DNA of 32,000 nt from Mycobacterium tuberculosis H37Rv (GCF_000195955.2 NC_000962.3:240001-272000); one strand, 5' to 3'. Shown: positions 1-10,123, counted from the first letter of the stretch. The notes: generated from the letters alone by a model not told the origin. A program made the numbers and translations.

Positions 1-1292
1 AACCTGACCAGCACCTGAACCGGGCCCAGCGCGCCCGGCCCCAGCGCTTGGGCCGCGGCCGCTGCGCCGGTGCGGATCTCGTGTGACGAGTCGAACTGGC
101 GCAGCAAGCTGTTGCCCAGCACCATCAAGGTTGCCGGTGCCGCCATGACAAGCAGCACGGTCGATGCCGCCAGTGCTGTGATCCAGGGTCGGCGCATCAC
201 CCACCCGACCCAGCGGGACCAGAACCAAGATTGCGTGCTTGCCGGCCGCCGCGACCAGTGCACTAACGCTGACCGCTTGGCCGCCGCGCGGGCAAATGTT
301 GCTAGCACGGCAGGTGTCAGGGTGGCCGACGTCAGCATCGCAACCGCGACCGCGAGAATCGCCCCGGTGGCCATCGATCTCAGCGCCGGGGTGTTGATCA
401 GGTAGATCCCGGTCAGCGACGCGATGACCGTCATACCGGACAACACCACAGCCAACCCCGAAGTGGCCATCGCGGCGTCGACCGCGTCGGGCGGCCGGCG
501 TCCGCAACGCAGTTCCTCGCGGTAGCGCATCAGGATGAACAGGGAGTAGTCGACGGCAAGCGCGATGCCGAACATCGAAACGGTCGATGTCACGAACACC
601 GACATGGTGGTGTGCATCGACAACACAAACACCAGGCCCATGGTGATGACGACCGTGCAAACGGCGAGTGCCAGCGGGATCGCTGCGGCGGCCAACGAGC
701 CGAAAACCGCAACCAGGACCATCAGAATGATAGGCAGGTTCCAGCGTTCGGCGTTGGCAATATCGTGTTTGGTGTTTGCCGCCGCGGCCGCGGACAGCGC
801 GCCCTGCCCGATGACATAGAGCCGCACTTTGCCGTTGGCAGTTTGCCCGGACTGATCGCCTTTGACGCCTATTCGGTCGCGCAGCTTTTTGGCGACGTCA
901 CTGGTGCCCGCGTTGCGGGCGTCCAGCCGCAGCGACACCACATACGGCCGGTCCGGTTGCGGGGGCCGTTGGGTGGGGTTGGGTGCCTCCGTCACCCCAG
1001 GCAGTTCGCTGGCTATTTGTCGCAGTAGCGCGACGGCATTGTCGATGTCTTGGTAGCTAGCATCCGGTCGGGGGGCCGCTACCAGCGCCAGCGCCGGGGC
1101 TCCCCGGTCCGGGTAGTGCGCGTCGAGTTGGTCGTGGACCAGCAATGACTGCGACCCGGCGACTTCGAAACCGCCACCGGTTAGATTCCCCGACTGCGTC
1201 ATCGCCAGGTAAACCGCCGGCACTAACGCCAGCAACCAACCCGTGAAGACCAACCAACGGCACCTGCGCAGGTTGCGGCTCAAGCGCATCAT
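1..1292 (-). CDS. mmpL11: MmpL11-like RND transporter, N-terminal part (truncated by left window edge)
   Basis: Minus-strand reading starts ATGATGCGCTTGAGCCGCAACCTGCGCAGG (MMRLSRNLRRCRW...) at 1292 and stays open to base 1; MmpL N-terminus (LVFTGWLLALVPAVYLA) and adjacency to the secreted heme-binding protein gene. The plus-strand ORFs listed here are shadows. Confidence 0.93.
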   Translation of the reverse strand, partial: MMRLSRNLRRCRWLVFTGWLLALVPAVYLAMTQSGNLTGGGFEVAGSQSLLVHDQLDAHYPDRGAPALALVAAPRPDASYQDIDNAVALLRQIASELPGVTEAPNPTQRPPQPDRPYVVSLRLDARNAGTSDVAKKLRDRIGVKGDQSGQTANGKVRLYVIGQGALSAAAAANTKHDIANAERWNLPIILMVLVAVFGSLAAAAIPLALAVCTVVITMGLVFVLSMHTTMSVFVTSTVSMFGIALAVDYSLFILMRYREELRCGRRPPDAVDAAMATSGLAVVLSGMTVIASLTGIYLINTPALRSMATGAILAVAVAMLTSATLTPAVLATFARAAAKRSALVHWSRRPASTQSWFWSRWVGWVMRRPWITALAASTVLLVMAAPATLMVLGNSLLRQFDSSHEIRTGAAAAAQALGPGALGPVQVLVR

Positions 1293-1466
1293 GAACTGCT
1301 GGATTTCGGACTCCCCGTACTCTCGCGCAGTGCGTGCCCGCGAGCCTACCGAAGATCGCGTGCATGCGTTCGGCGTGGACCGCACAGCACCTGGAGTTGG
1401 CGGCGCCGAGGGCCGAGATGGCAGGATGACGGATCGTCGGGGGCGGGAACTCCCAGGCCGCCGGGC

Positions 1467-1499
1467 CGTCGCAAACCCGTCGCAAACCCGTCGCAAACC
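1467..1499. repeat. Three perfect tandem copies of 11-bp CGTCGCAAACC
   Basis: Read directly: cgtcgcaaacc x3 at 1467-1477, 1478-1488, 1489-1499, ending just before the AAGGAG (1502-1507) of the next gene. Confidence 0.95.
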
Positions 1500-1513
1500 G
1501 TAAGGAGTCATCC

Positions 1514-1924
1514 ATGAAGACAGGCACCGCGACGACGCGGCGCAGGCTGTTGGCAGTACTGATCGCCCTCGCGTTGCCGGGGGCCGCCGTTGCGCTGCTG
1601 GCCGAACCATCAGCGACCGGCGCGTCGGACCCGTGCGCGGCCAGCGAAGTGGCGAGGACGGTCGGTTCGGTCGCCAAGTCGATGGGCGACTACCTGGATT
1701 CACACCCAGAGACCAACCAGGTGATGACCGCGGTCTTGCAGCAGCAGGTAGGGCCGGGGTCGGTCGCATCGCTGAAGGCCCATTTCGAGGCGAATCCCAA
1801 GGTCGCATCGGATCTGCACGCGCTTTCGCAACCGCTGACCGATCTTTCGACTCGGTGCTCGCTGCCGATCAGCGGCCTGCAGGCGATCGGTTTGATGCAG
1901 GCGGTGCAGGGCGCCCGCCGGTAG
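1514..1924 (+). CDS. Small exported protein, Rv0203-like heme-binding protein
   Basis: 136 aa; N-terminal signal peptide (TTRRRLLAVLIALALPGAAVALLA), two Cys, AAGGAG 7 nt upstream; matches recalled Rv0203 sequence and neighbourhood. Confidence 0.93.
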   Translation: MKTGTATTRRRLLAVLIALALPGAAVALLAEPSATGASDPCAASEVARTVGSVAKSMGDYLDSHPETNQVMTAVLQQQVGPGSVASLKAHFEANPKVASDLHALSQPLTDLSTRCSLPISGLQAIGLMQAVQGARR

Positions 1925-1975
1925 ATGCCGGACCGCCGCCGGGTCCGGCGCAGTCGAGCGTGAGGCAGCGGTCGC

Positions 1976-3214
1976 CTACCGGGGCGGTGTCTCGCCGCCT
2001 TCTGGTCGCAGGTCAGGGGTCGGCGCTGGACCTTGCGGTGTGGTTTCGACCGGGTCGTCGCAGGGTGTGCCCTGCGGTTGGATGACAAGTCGCAGGTTTG
2101 GATCGGTTGGCGGGTCGCGATCGTTGTCGGAATCGGCGGTGCTCTCGGTGCGGAACATGAAGAAGAACACCACCCAGCCGATTGCGGCGATGAGCAGCCA
2201 GCTGATCAGCCGGTAGATCAACATCGCCGAGATGGCACTCGGCAAGGGCATGCCGCTGGATACCAGGCCGGGTACCAGCACCGCCTCGACCACCAACAGA
2301 CCACCGGGCATCAGCGGTATGGTGCCGACCGCGCGGGCGGCGGCGTAGGCGACCGCCAGCCCACCGACCGAGGCATGGTCGCCGGCGGCGTACGCGGCGA
2401 AACCGAGGCAGGCTACGTCGGCGATCCAGTTGAACAACGACCAACCGAACGCCACGCCCAGGTCGCGCCTGCCCAGGCTGACCGATTCCAGCTGCATGAG
2501 CGTCTCGCGCCACTTCGGTAGGCCGGCATCGGCCGGCCTACCGCGAACCGAGTTGGCCCACGACAAAACTCTCCTGCCGATCCCCTCGATGAGCTCCGGC
2601 CGCGACGCCACCGCCTGGGCCAGTAGCAGCAATGTGACGAAGCCGCCCAGGGTGAACAGCAGTGAGAACGGGTTGTTCTTGGCGCCCAGGAAGAATGCGC
2701 CACCCAACCCGAGCAATGCCAAGCCCACCGCCTGCAACACGCCCGACATGACCAGCTGCCATGACGCCACCACCGTCGAGGCGCCCCAGATGCGTTGCTG
2801 ACGGAGTAAGAACGTAGCCGACAACACCGGCCCACCCGGCAGCGTGGTGCTCAGCGAGTTGGCGGCGTAGAAGGCGGCCTCCGACCGCCATTGCTTGACG
2901 TGCACCCCGGCGGATTTCAGCAGGGTTCGCTGAATCTGGGCGAAGCTGTGCATCGAGGCGCCCGCGGCTGCCACCGCGGCCAGCAACCACCACCACTTGG
3001 CGCGATACAAGCTCACCCAGGCCTTGGCGAGCTGGTCCCAGCCCAACGCCACCTCTATAGCAAGCACGATTGCGACGATGGCCAGTACCGCCCATCGCAA
3101 CCACCAGTACTTGCCGCGCGGGGGTACGCCCTCAGCGGGGGGTGCCCCCACCCGCGTGCGAGGGAGTGCCCCCACGCGCTGGCGGAGGTTGCGGGCGGGG
3201 GCGTCGTGCGACAC
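1976..3214 (-). CDS. Polytopic membrane protein, lysylphosphatidylglycerol synthetase TM region/YbhN (flippase-like) family
   Basis: Long ORF; hydrophobic segments WWLRWAVLAIVAIVLAIEVALG, WWWLLAAVAAAG, NSLSTTLPGGPVLSATFLLRQQ..; GTG (VSHDAPARN) at 3214 chosen rather than the upstream ATG at 3259. Confidence 0.85.
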   Translation of the reverse strand: MSHDAPARNLRQRVGALPRTRVGAPPAEGVPPRGKYWWLRWAVLAIVAIVLAIEVALGWDQLAKAWVSLYRAKWWWLLAAVAAAGASMHSFAQIQRTLLKSAGVHVKQWRSEAAFYAANSLSTTLPGGPVLSATFLLRQQRIWGASTVVASWQLVMSGVLQAVGLALLGLGGAFFLGAKNNPFSLLFTLGGFVTLLLLAQAVASRPELIEGIGRRVLSWANSVRGRPADAGLPKWRETLMQLESVSLGRRDLGVAFGWSLFNWIADVACLGFAAYAAGDHASVGGLAVAYAAARAVGTIPLMPGGLLVVEAVLVPGLVSSGMPLPSAISAMLIYRLISWLLIAAIGWVVFFFMFRTESTADSDNDRDPPTDPNLRLVIQPQGTPCDDPVETTPQGPAPTPDLRPEGGETPPR

Positions 3215-3383
3215 GTGCTTAAGGGTAACCGTGCAGGTGGCGCCGTAATCGCGATACATCGCTAACCGTGTCAGCCTCGTTGGGGGGTCGTGACCGGATC
3301 GTGCCGCCTGGCAAAGTAACTATGCGGGCTCGACGCGACCCGCCGCGACCTTACGACGCCGCCGTTCCCGTTACGCTTGCCGG

Positions 3384-4487
3384 ATGTCGGCGAGCCTGGA
3401 TGACGCTTCGGTCGCACCGCTGGTTCGCAAGACCGCGGCCTGGGCGTGGCGGTTCTTGGTCATCCTGGCCGCGATGGTCGCGCTGCTGTGGGTCCTCAAC
3501 AAGTTTGAGGTCATCGTCGTCCCGGTGTTGCTGGCGCTGATGTTGAGTGCGTTGCTGGTGCCGCCGGTGGATTGGCTGGACTCCCGGGGCCTGCCGCACG
3601 CTGTCGCGGTGACGCTGGTCTTGTTGAGCGGTTTCGCGGTTCTCGGCGGCATCCTGACGTTCGTCGTCAGCCAATTCATCGCGGGGTTGCCGCATCTGGT
3701 CACCGAGGTTGAGCGCAGCATCGACTCCGCGCGCAGATGGCTGATCGAAGGCCCGGCGCACTTGCGCGGCGAACAGATCGACAACGCGGGCAACGCCGCG
3801 ATCGAGGCGCTGCGCAACAACCAGGCGAAGCTGACCAGTGGCGCATTGTCGACTGCAGCCACCATTACCGAGCTGGTTACCGCGGCGGTGCTGGTACTGT
3901 TCACGCTCATTTTCTTCCTCTACGGGGGCCGGAGCATCTGGCAGTACGTCACGAAGGCCTTCCCGGCCAGCGTCCGTGACAGAGTGCGTGCGGCGGGGCG
4001 CGCCGGTTATGCGTCGCTGATCGGGTACGCGCGGGCCACCTTCCTAGTGGCATTGACCGATGCGGCCGGGGTGGGCGCGGGGCTGGCGGTGATGGGTGTG
4101 CCGCTGGCATTACCGCTGGCCTCGCTGGTGTTTTTCGGTGCCTTCATTCCGTTGATCGGTGCCGTGGTCGCCGGGTTTCTGGCCGTGGTGGTGGCCCTGC
4201 TGGCCAAGGGCATTGGCTACGCGCTGATCACGGTCGGTTTGCTAATCGCGGTGAACCAACTTGAGGCCCATTTACTGCAGCCGCTGGTGATGGGTCGGGC
4301 GGTGTCGATTCACCCGCTGGCCGTGGTGCTGGCCATTGCCGCTGGCGGTGTGCTTGCCGGAGTCGTCGGCGCCCTGTTGGCCGTCCCGACGGTCGCTTTC
4401 TTCAACAATGCGGTGCAGGTGCTGCTGGGCGGGAATCCGTTCGCCGACGTGGCAGACGTTTCTTCCGATCACCTCACCGAGGTTTAA
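3384..4487 (+). CDS. AI-2E transporter/PerM-family membrane protein
   Basis: 367 aa ORF with PerM-type TM pattern and C-terminal '[72 protein letters not shown]' signature. Confidence 0.9.
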
Positions 4488-7318
4488 AGGCGTCCTTCGC
4501 GGCGAAGCAGATCCTGGGCGGACAGGGCGCCGCCGCCGCGGCGGCGCTGACGCGTCTTATCGCTCGTGCCGCGGGCATTCAGCTGCTCAGTGGCTGCCTC
4601 TGAGTCGTCGCCGTCCGACCGTATGATTGGCAGGGCCGCGGTGGGTTCGGCCGGGTCACCGGCTGCGTCTGTGGAGCGGTTCGCCGCAAGCGGCATAGCC
4701 CGGGTCTGACCGGCAGACGGGGCCGATGGCGGGGTCGGGGTTGGTGGCGGCGTGGATGCTGGCGACTGCACGGACCGACCGGCAGCCGCGAGGCGGGTTG
4801 TCGGCGGCTCCGTCGACGACCCGATCTGCATCCGTGTGGTGCTCGCCCCAGACGGCGCCGCCGGCGCGGCAGTTGCTTCCAGGGCAGGCGTGAGCTCCGG
4901 TGAGCTTGCTGGACTCGAGCGGGCCGGTCGAGGTGACTCCGCCAGCGGATGGGTCGGATCGTGCGGTGGGCGCGGGTCCCCAGCGGCGCGCGCCGCAACC
5001 AGCCCAGCTGTGACCGGAGGACGTGCGGGACGCCCGTTGCTGACGGGCCGCTTGCGCTCGTCGGGCAGGTGGATCTCGCCCAGCCCGATGCGGGTCTGCA
5101 GGCGTCTGGCCCAGCGCGGTGCCCACCAGCAGTCATCGCCGAGCAGCTTCATCACCGATGGCACTAAAAACATCCGCACCACGGTCGCGTCCAGCAGCAG
5201 CGCCGCCATCAGTCCAAAGGCCAGATACTTCATCATCACCAGGTCGGAGAACACGAACGCGCCCGCGACGACGGCAACAATCAGCGCCGCGGCGGTAATG
5301 ATGCGTCCGGTGGCTGCGGTGCCGATCCGGATCGCCTCCTGGGTCGACATGCCGCGCTCTCGCGCCTCGACCATCCGGGACACCAAGAACACCTCGTAGT
5401 CGGTGGATAGGCCGAAGACCAGCGCGATGATCAGCCCGATCACCGGCGCTGTCAGCGGGGTCGGCGTGAAATTCAGCCACTTCGAAAAGTGTCCGTCGAC
5501 GAATATCCACGTCAGGATGCCCATGGTGGACCCGAGCGTCAGAGCGCTCATCAGCGTCGCCTTGATTGGCAGCACCACCGAGCCGAACGCCAAGAACATC
5601 AAGACGATCGTGGTGGTCAGCAGGATGACCACCATCAGCGGCATCTTCGCGAACAGGCCGTGGATTGAATCCAGCTCCAGGGCGGGAGTTCCACCGACCA
5701 AGACCGTGATTCCTTTGGGCGGGGTGATCGCGCGCAGCTCGGTGAGCTTCTTCGACGCGTCAGCCGGGTTGATCAACCCGTTCTGCAGGACGCGCACCGA
5801 TGGATCTTTAGATGCGCCTACCGCGTAGGCACGCTCTTGCCACATATTCGCCGGATCGTTGTCCGGCTCGATGAATCCGCCGATCGCCATCGCCTTGCTG
5901 CGGATGTCAGCGATCTGCGCGTCGGTGACCGGTTGATGGTTGCTGGTCTGGATCACCAGTGTCAGCGGATTGGTGCGGTATCCGGGGAAGAGTTTGTCGA
6001 ACTCCTCCTGCGCCTGGCGCACCGAATTGGTCGGCGGCAAGTACTTCTCGCTGATCCCGCCCAATGACAGCTTGCCCACCGGGATAATCAGCAAAATCAT
6101 GATGATGACGATCGGTGCGGCGAACAGCACTGGGCGCTTCATCACCCGGTTAACCAGCTTGCCCCAGAAGCCGGCTTCGACCTCTTCGCGGGTCTTGGTC
6201 CGCTGCAGGCGGTCGGCGAGCCAGTTCAGGTAGGCGGCCGAAATCTTCCAGTTCGCCAGGAAGGGCACCCGGAACAGGGTCCGCACGCCGAGCGCGTCGA
6301 CGTGTTTGCCCAGGATCCCCAGACAGGCCGGCAACACGGTGATAGACAGGATGGCCGACAGCATCACCGATGCGATCGTGGCGTAGGTCAGCGACTTCAG
6401 GAAACCCTGCGGGAAGAGCAGCAGACCGATCGCCGACGCGACGATCAACACCGCCGAGAACGTCACCGTGCGTCCGGCGGTGATCACCGTGCGCCGTACT
6501 GCCGTCTCGGTGTCGTAGCCTTCGGCGATCTCTTCGCGGAACCGGCTCACGATGAACAACCCGTAGTCGATGGCGATCCCCAGACCGATCAGCGACACCA
6601 CGGGCTGGGCGAAATAGTGCACGGGACCGAAGATCGCGAGGAACCGCATGATGCCCAGCGCGCCGGCGATGCACAGCCCTCCGACCATCACCGGTAGGCC
6701 GGCGGCGATCACGCCGCCGAACACGAAGAACAACACCACCGCCACCAACGGCAGCGCCAGCACTTCCATTCGCCGTTGGTCGGTGGCGATGGTGCCGGTC
6801 AACGCCTCGGCCACCGGTTGCAGCCCGGCGAGCTTCACCGTGCCTCCGTCGAGCCGCTGCAGGTCGGGTGCGATGGCCTTGTAGTTGTTGAGGATGGTGT
6901 CGTCGTCATCACCCTTGAGCGGGATGGAAACGAAGGTGTACTTCTTGTCGGCGGTGGCCATGCCGGTCGCCTGACTCGCTCTCAGGTAGCCGGCCCATCC
7001 CAAGACCTGGTCGGGGTGATCCTGCTGGAACCGGTTGAGCTCGTCGACGACCTTCTTTGACCAGGCCGGGTCGTCAACGGTCTTGCCGGCTGGGGCTTGG
7101 AAGATCGCGACGATGTGACCGCTTCGGTCTCGGCCGTAGACCTGGTCGCCCAGCACCGATGCTTGCACCGATTGGCTGCCGTCGTCGTAGAAGCCGCTCT
7201 GCGTGACGTGCTTGCCGAGGCTCAGCCCGAAAACGCCGCCGCCGAGGCATAGAGCGACCATGACCCCGATTACGATGAACCGGTAGCGGTACACAGTTCG
7301 ACCCCACCAGGCGAACAC
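4484..7318 (-). CDS. mmpL3: MmpL3, RND-family trehalose monomycolate exporter
   Basis: 944 aa; [52 protein letters not shown]4 motif [21 protein letters not shown]10 [17 protein letters not shown]; GTG start at 7318 preceded by AAGGAG. Confidence 0.98.
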
Positions 7319-7362
7319 GTAAGCTCCTTACTGGATCGGCAGCGACCCGCGTATTGCTTTTT

Positions 7363-7389
7363 GGTTGTCACACACGTCGGCTGTCACAC
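7363..7389 (-). promoter_or_regulatory. Near-perfect 11-bp direct repeat GTGTGACAGCC-N5-GTGTGACAACC upstream of mmpL3
   Basis: Plus-strand ggttgtcacac (7363-7373) and ggctgtcacac (7379-7389), one mismatch, 16-bp period, 45 bp or more upstream of the mmpL3 start and overlapping the stop codon of the preceding gene. Confidence 0.45.
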
Positions 7390-8118
7390 TCGCGAGGTCA
7401 ACAGCGAGGACAGCGGCCGGAACGGCTGCAGCCAAGCCCCCTGCTCAGGTAGCGAATCGAGGCCGATTCGAGGTAGTGGTTCCCGGAAAACACCAGCGAT
7501 GTCCTCCAGGTCGACGAACTCCAAGGTATCCGACGCTAGCGCCCAACTGGCGTGTTCACGAAATCCGAGCACTTGAACTGGGGTTCCGCTGCGGGCGACC
7601 GCCTCCAACGGTTGGCGGAATGCCTGACCGTCGGCCGACGCCACCACCAGCGCGGCGAGCCCTTCGCGGTAGCGCTCGTCGATGTGCGCCAACATGTCGC
7701 GGTCAACGTCGCTGTCCTCGTCTACTTTCGGTTTGGCGAAGACGGCGAATCCGACATTGCGCAACGCGTCCACCCACGGCCGGACCACCTCGGCGCTGCC
7801 AGGGGCGATGTTGGTGAAGACGGTGGCCTCCGGTTCGGTCGAGATGCCTGGACGGCCGGCCACAATCTCTGCGGTTCGGGCCAGCAGCCAGCGTCCCAGG
7901 GCGTCGAATCGTGGTCGTTCCAGTGCTGTCGGCCGGCGGCCCAAGATGGAGCCCAAACCCATGTCGAGGTTGGGAGCGTCCCACACCAGCAATACCCGTG
8001 CCCCCGGCGCACCGAGACTGGTCAGCCCGTCCTGCGATAAGTCTTCCGCCAGTACCGAGTGCCGGGCGAGGGATTCAGATGTTTGTGAAGTCACGTCTTC
8101 GGTCAGGCTCATCATCAT
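7384..8118 (-). CDS. NYN/PIN-like domain protein (putative RNase fold), Rv0207c-like
   Basis: 244 aa (242 if started at 8112); acidic motif pattern VLLVWDAPNLD ... VDEDSDVDRDM ... ALVVASADGQAF resembles NYN nucleases; start overlaps trmB stop (ATGATGATGAG). Confidence 0.8.
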   Translation of the reverse strand: MMMSLTEDVTSQTSESLARHSVLAEDLSQDGLTSLGAPGARVLLVWDAPNLDMGLGSILGRRPTALERPRFDALGRWLLARTAEIVAGRPGISTEPEATVFTNIAPGSAEVVRPWVDALRNVGFAVFAKPKVDEDSDVDRDMLAHIDERYREGLAALVVASADGQAFRQPLEAVARSGTPVQVLGFREHASWALASDTLEFVDLEDIAGVFREPLPRIGLDSLPEQGAWLQPFRPLSSLLTSRV

Positions 8119-8906
8119 CTAATTTTCAGGTCTCTTTCAGAGCAACCGTGCTTTTTCCATAACAACTCGATGACTGCGCCGCCCCCAAGCTGGGCTTTCC
8201 TCTCGTACTTGGTAGCCGGTCGGACGACCGAAATCGGCAGCAGTTCGGTGTCGGGGTCGACGCGAACCAGCCGGGGTTCGGCGTCGCCGGCCGCGGCGAT
8301 GTGCTCGGCGTAGCCGGGATGGTCGGTCGCGGCGTGCAGCACACCACTGGGAACGAGCCGGTCTGCGATCAAGGCCATGGTGGCCGGCTGTAACAGGCGG
8401 CGCTTATGGTGGCGTGCCTTCGGCCACGGATCGGGGAAGAAGACTCGAACACCGCACAACGAATCGGGGGCGATCAAGTGTTGCAGCACGTCGACGGCAT
8501 TGCCAAGGATCAGCCGGATGTTGATCCCGTCGGAGCCCACTTTGTCAATCGCGCAGAGCAGCTGAGCCAGCCCGCGGCGATAGACGTCCACAGCGATCAC
8601 GTCGACATGGGGTTCGGCCTTCGCCATCGCCAGCGTCGACGTGCCGCTGCCGGAGCCGATCTCCAACACCACCGGCGCGTCACGGCCAAACCAGGCACGG
8701 GTATCCACCGGTGTCCCGCGCGGGGATTGAGGTAGCGCCAGGAGGCCAAGCTCCGGCCAAAGTCGCTCCCAGGTCTCGCGTTGGGCCTTGGAGATCCCCG
8801 ACCGCCGCGACCGGATGCTCGTGCTGGGGAGCTGGCCCGATGCCACCGGTGTGTCGGGACGTAGCCCTACCCCGGGTTGCGCATGCATTTGTCCATGGTG
8901 GACCAT
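8115..8906 (-). CDS. trmB: tRNA (guanine-N7-)-methyltransferase TrmB
   Basis: SAM motif VLEIGSGSGTSTLAMA and TrmB signature VRVFFPDPWPKARHHKRRL; ATG (MVHHGQMHAQ) at 8906 gives 263 aa. The longer ORF to 9248 would overlap the divergent gene. Confidence 0.93.
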   Translation of the reverse strand: MVHHGQMHAQPGVGLRPDTPVASGQLPSTSIRSRRSGISKAQRETWERLWPELGLLALPQSPRGTPVDTRAWFGRDAPVVLEIGSGSGTSTLAMAKAEPHVDVIAVDVYRRGLAQLLCAIDKVGSDGINIRLILGNAVDVLQHLIAPDSLCGVRVFFPDPWPKARHHKRRLLQPATMALIADRLVPSGVLHAATDHPGYAEHIAAAGDAEPRLVRVDPDTELLPISVVRPATKYERKAQLGGGAVIELLWKKHGCSERDLKIR

Positions 8907-9037
8907 CAGCGCCCGGCGTAGCCGCCCCTGGTCCAGATTGATACCCAACAGTTGCCTTCGGCGGGTAGCGGACAACTGCTGACTCGCGCCTCGGCGGCGA
9001 GGGTGCCACCATTCTGAACGAACCGATCGGGTGGGAG

Positions 9038-10123
9038 ATGCGCGGACAAGGGCACCAGATTTTCGTCGACGAGCTGGCGCGATTCGCCACCAGCTCCGCC
9101 GACCAGCGGGTAGTGGCGATCGCGCAGCGGGCCGCCGAACCGCTGCGCGTAGCGGTCCGTGGGCGTCCCGGGGTGGGTTGCCGCACGGTGGCGCGCGCCC
9201 TGCAGGGTGCTGGGAGCTCGTCGGGCATGACGGTGACACCGCAAGCACGCGCCGCCGACTCTGACGTCGACCTGGTCGTCTACGTCACCGTCGAGGTAGT
9301 CAAGCCCGAGGACCGCGAAGCCATCGCCGCCACCCGGCGCCCGGTGGTGGCGGTGTTGAACAAGGCCGATCTGGCCGGCCCGCTCTCGGGTGCAGGTCCG
9401 ATCGTGATGGCGCAGGCCCGGTGCGCGCAATTTTCTACACTCCTCGGGGTCCCCATGGAGTCCATGATCGGGTTGCTCGCCGTCGCGGCGCTCGACGATC
9501 TTGATGACACCTTGCGGGCCGTGCTGCGGGCGCTAGCCGCCCACCCCGACGGCTTTGACGCTCTCGACCGAGCCGTTGCGGGGTTTCTGGCGGCAGCCCT
9601 GCCGGTCCCTACCGAGGTACGGTTGCGGTTGCTGGACACCCTCGACCTGTTCGGCATCGCACTGGGCATGGCAGCGTTCCGGCCGGGCCGGCCCTCGCGA
9701 ACCCCGGCGCAGCTCCGCACCCTGTTACGCCGGGTCAGCGGTGTCGACGCCGTCATCGACAAGGTCACCGCCGCCGGTTCTGAGGTGCGCTACCGGCGGT
9801 TGCTTGACGCGGTCGCGGAGCTGGAGGCGCTGGCCGCGCAGGCCAAGGAGATCGGCGGTCCGATCGGTGAGTTCTTGCGCGACGACGACACAGTTCTCGC
9901 CCGGATGGCGGCCGCCGTCGACGTAGCCCTGGCCGTCGGGCTAGACGTTGGCCCGTTGGACGATCCGGCCGCCCACCTGCCGCGGGCGGTGCGGTGGCAT
10001 CGTTACAGCCTGGACAACGGTGACATGCACCGCACGTGCGGCGCGGATATCGCTCGGGGATCCCTTCGGCTGTGGTCGCTGGCCGGCGGCATGCCCCTGC
10101 ACCGATACCGGAAGTCATCGTGA
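9038..10123 (+). CDS. Conserved hypothetical protein, degenerate P-loop GTPase-like (Rv0209-like)
   Basis: 361 aa; LRVAVRGRPGVGCRTVARAL (Walker A-like without the GK[ST]) and VVAVLNKADL (G4 NKxD). Confidence 0.85.
   Translation: MRGQGHQIFVDELARFATSSADQRVVAIAQRAAEPLRVAVRGRPGVGCRTVARALQGAGSSSGMTVTPQARAADSDVDLVVYVTVEVVKPEDREAIAATRRPVVAVLNKADLAGPLSGAGPIVMAQARCAQFSTLLGVPMESMIGLLAVAALDDLDDTLRAVLRALAAHPDGFDALDRAVAGFLAAALPVPTEVRLRLLDTLDLFGIALGMAAFRPGRPSRTPAQLRTLLRRVSGVDAVIDKVTAAGSEVRYRRLLDAVAELEALAAQAKEIGGPIGEFLRDDDTVLARMAAAVDVALAVGLDVGPLDDPAAHLPRAVRWHRYSLDNGDMHRTCGADIARGSLRLWSLAGGMPLHRYRKSS

Noticed and set aside
70-1677. Plus-strand ORFs at 70..405, 565..819, 612..1028, 862..1056, 1243..1503 and minus ORF 1057..1677
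   Set aside because: Shadow ORFs of the real minus-strand mmpL11 N-terminus (1..1292) and GC-rich flanks; no protein family character.
3142-3175. Direct repeat GTGCCCCCAC (3142-3151 and 3166-3175)
   Set aside because: Lies in the coding N-terminal tail of the YbhN-like protein (GALP/GAPP residues); likely simple compositional redundancy.
8894-8906. Small palindrome GTCCA-TGG-TGGAC near the trmB start
   Set aside because: Only 5-bp arms in GC-rich sequence at a start codon; insufficient evidence for a regulatory structure.
9038-9248. Extended N-terminus of trmB up to 9248
   Set aside because: Would overlap the divergent gene by about 210 bp and adds non-conserved sequence; start at 8906 gives a normal TrmB.
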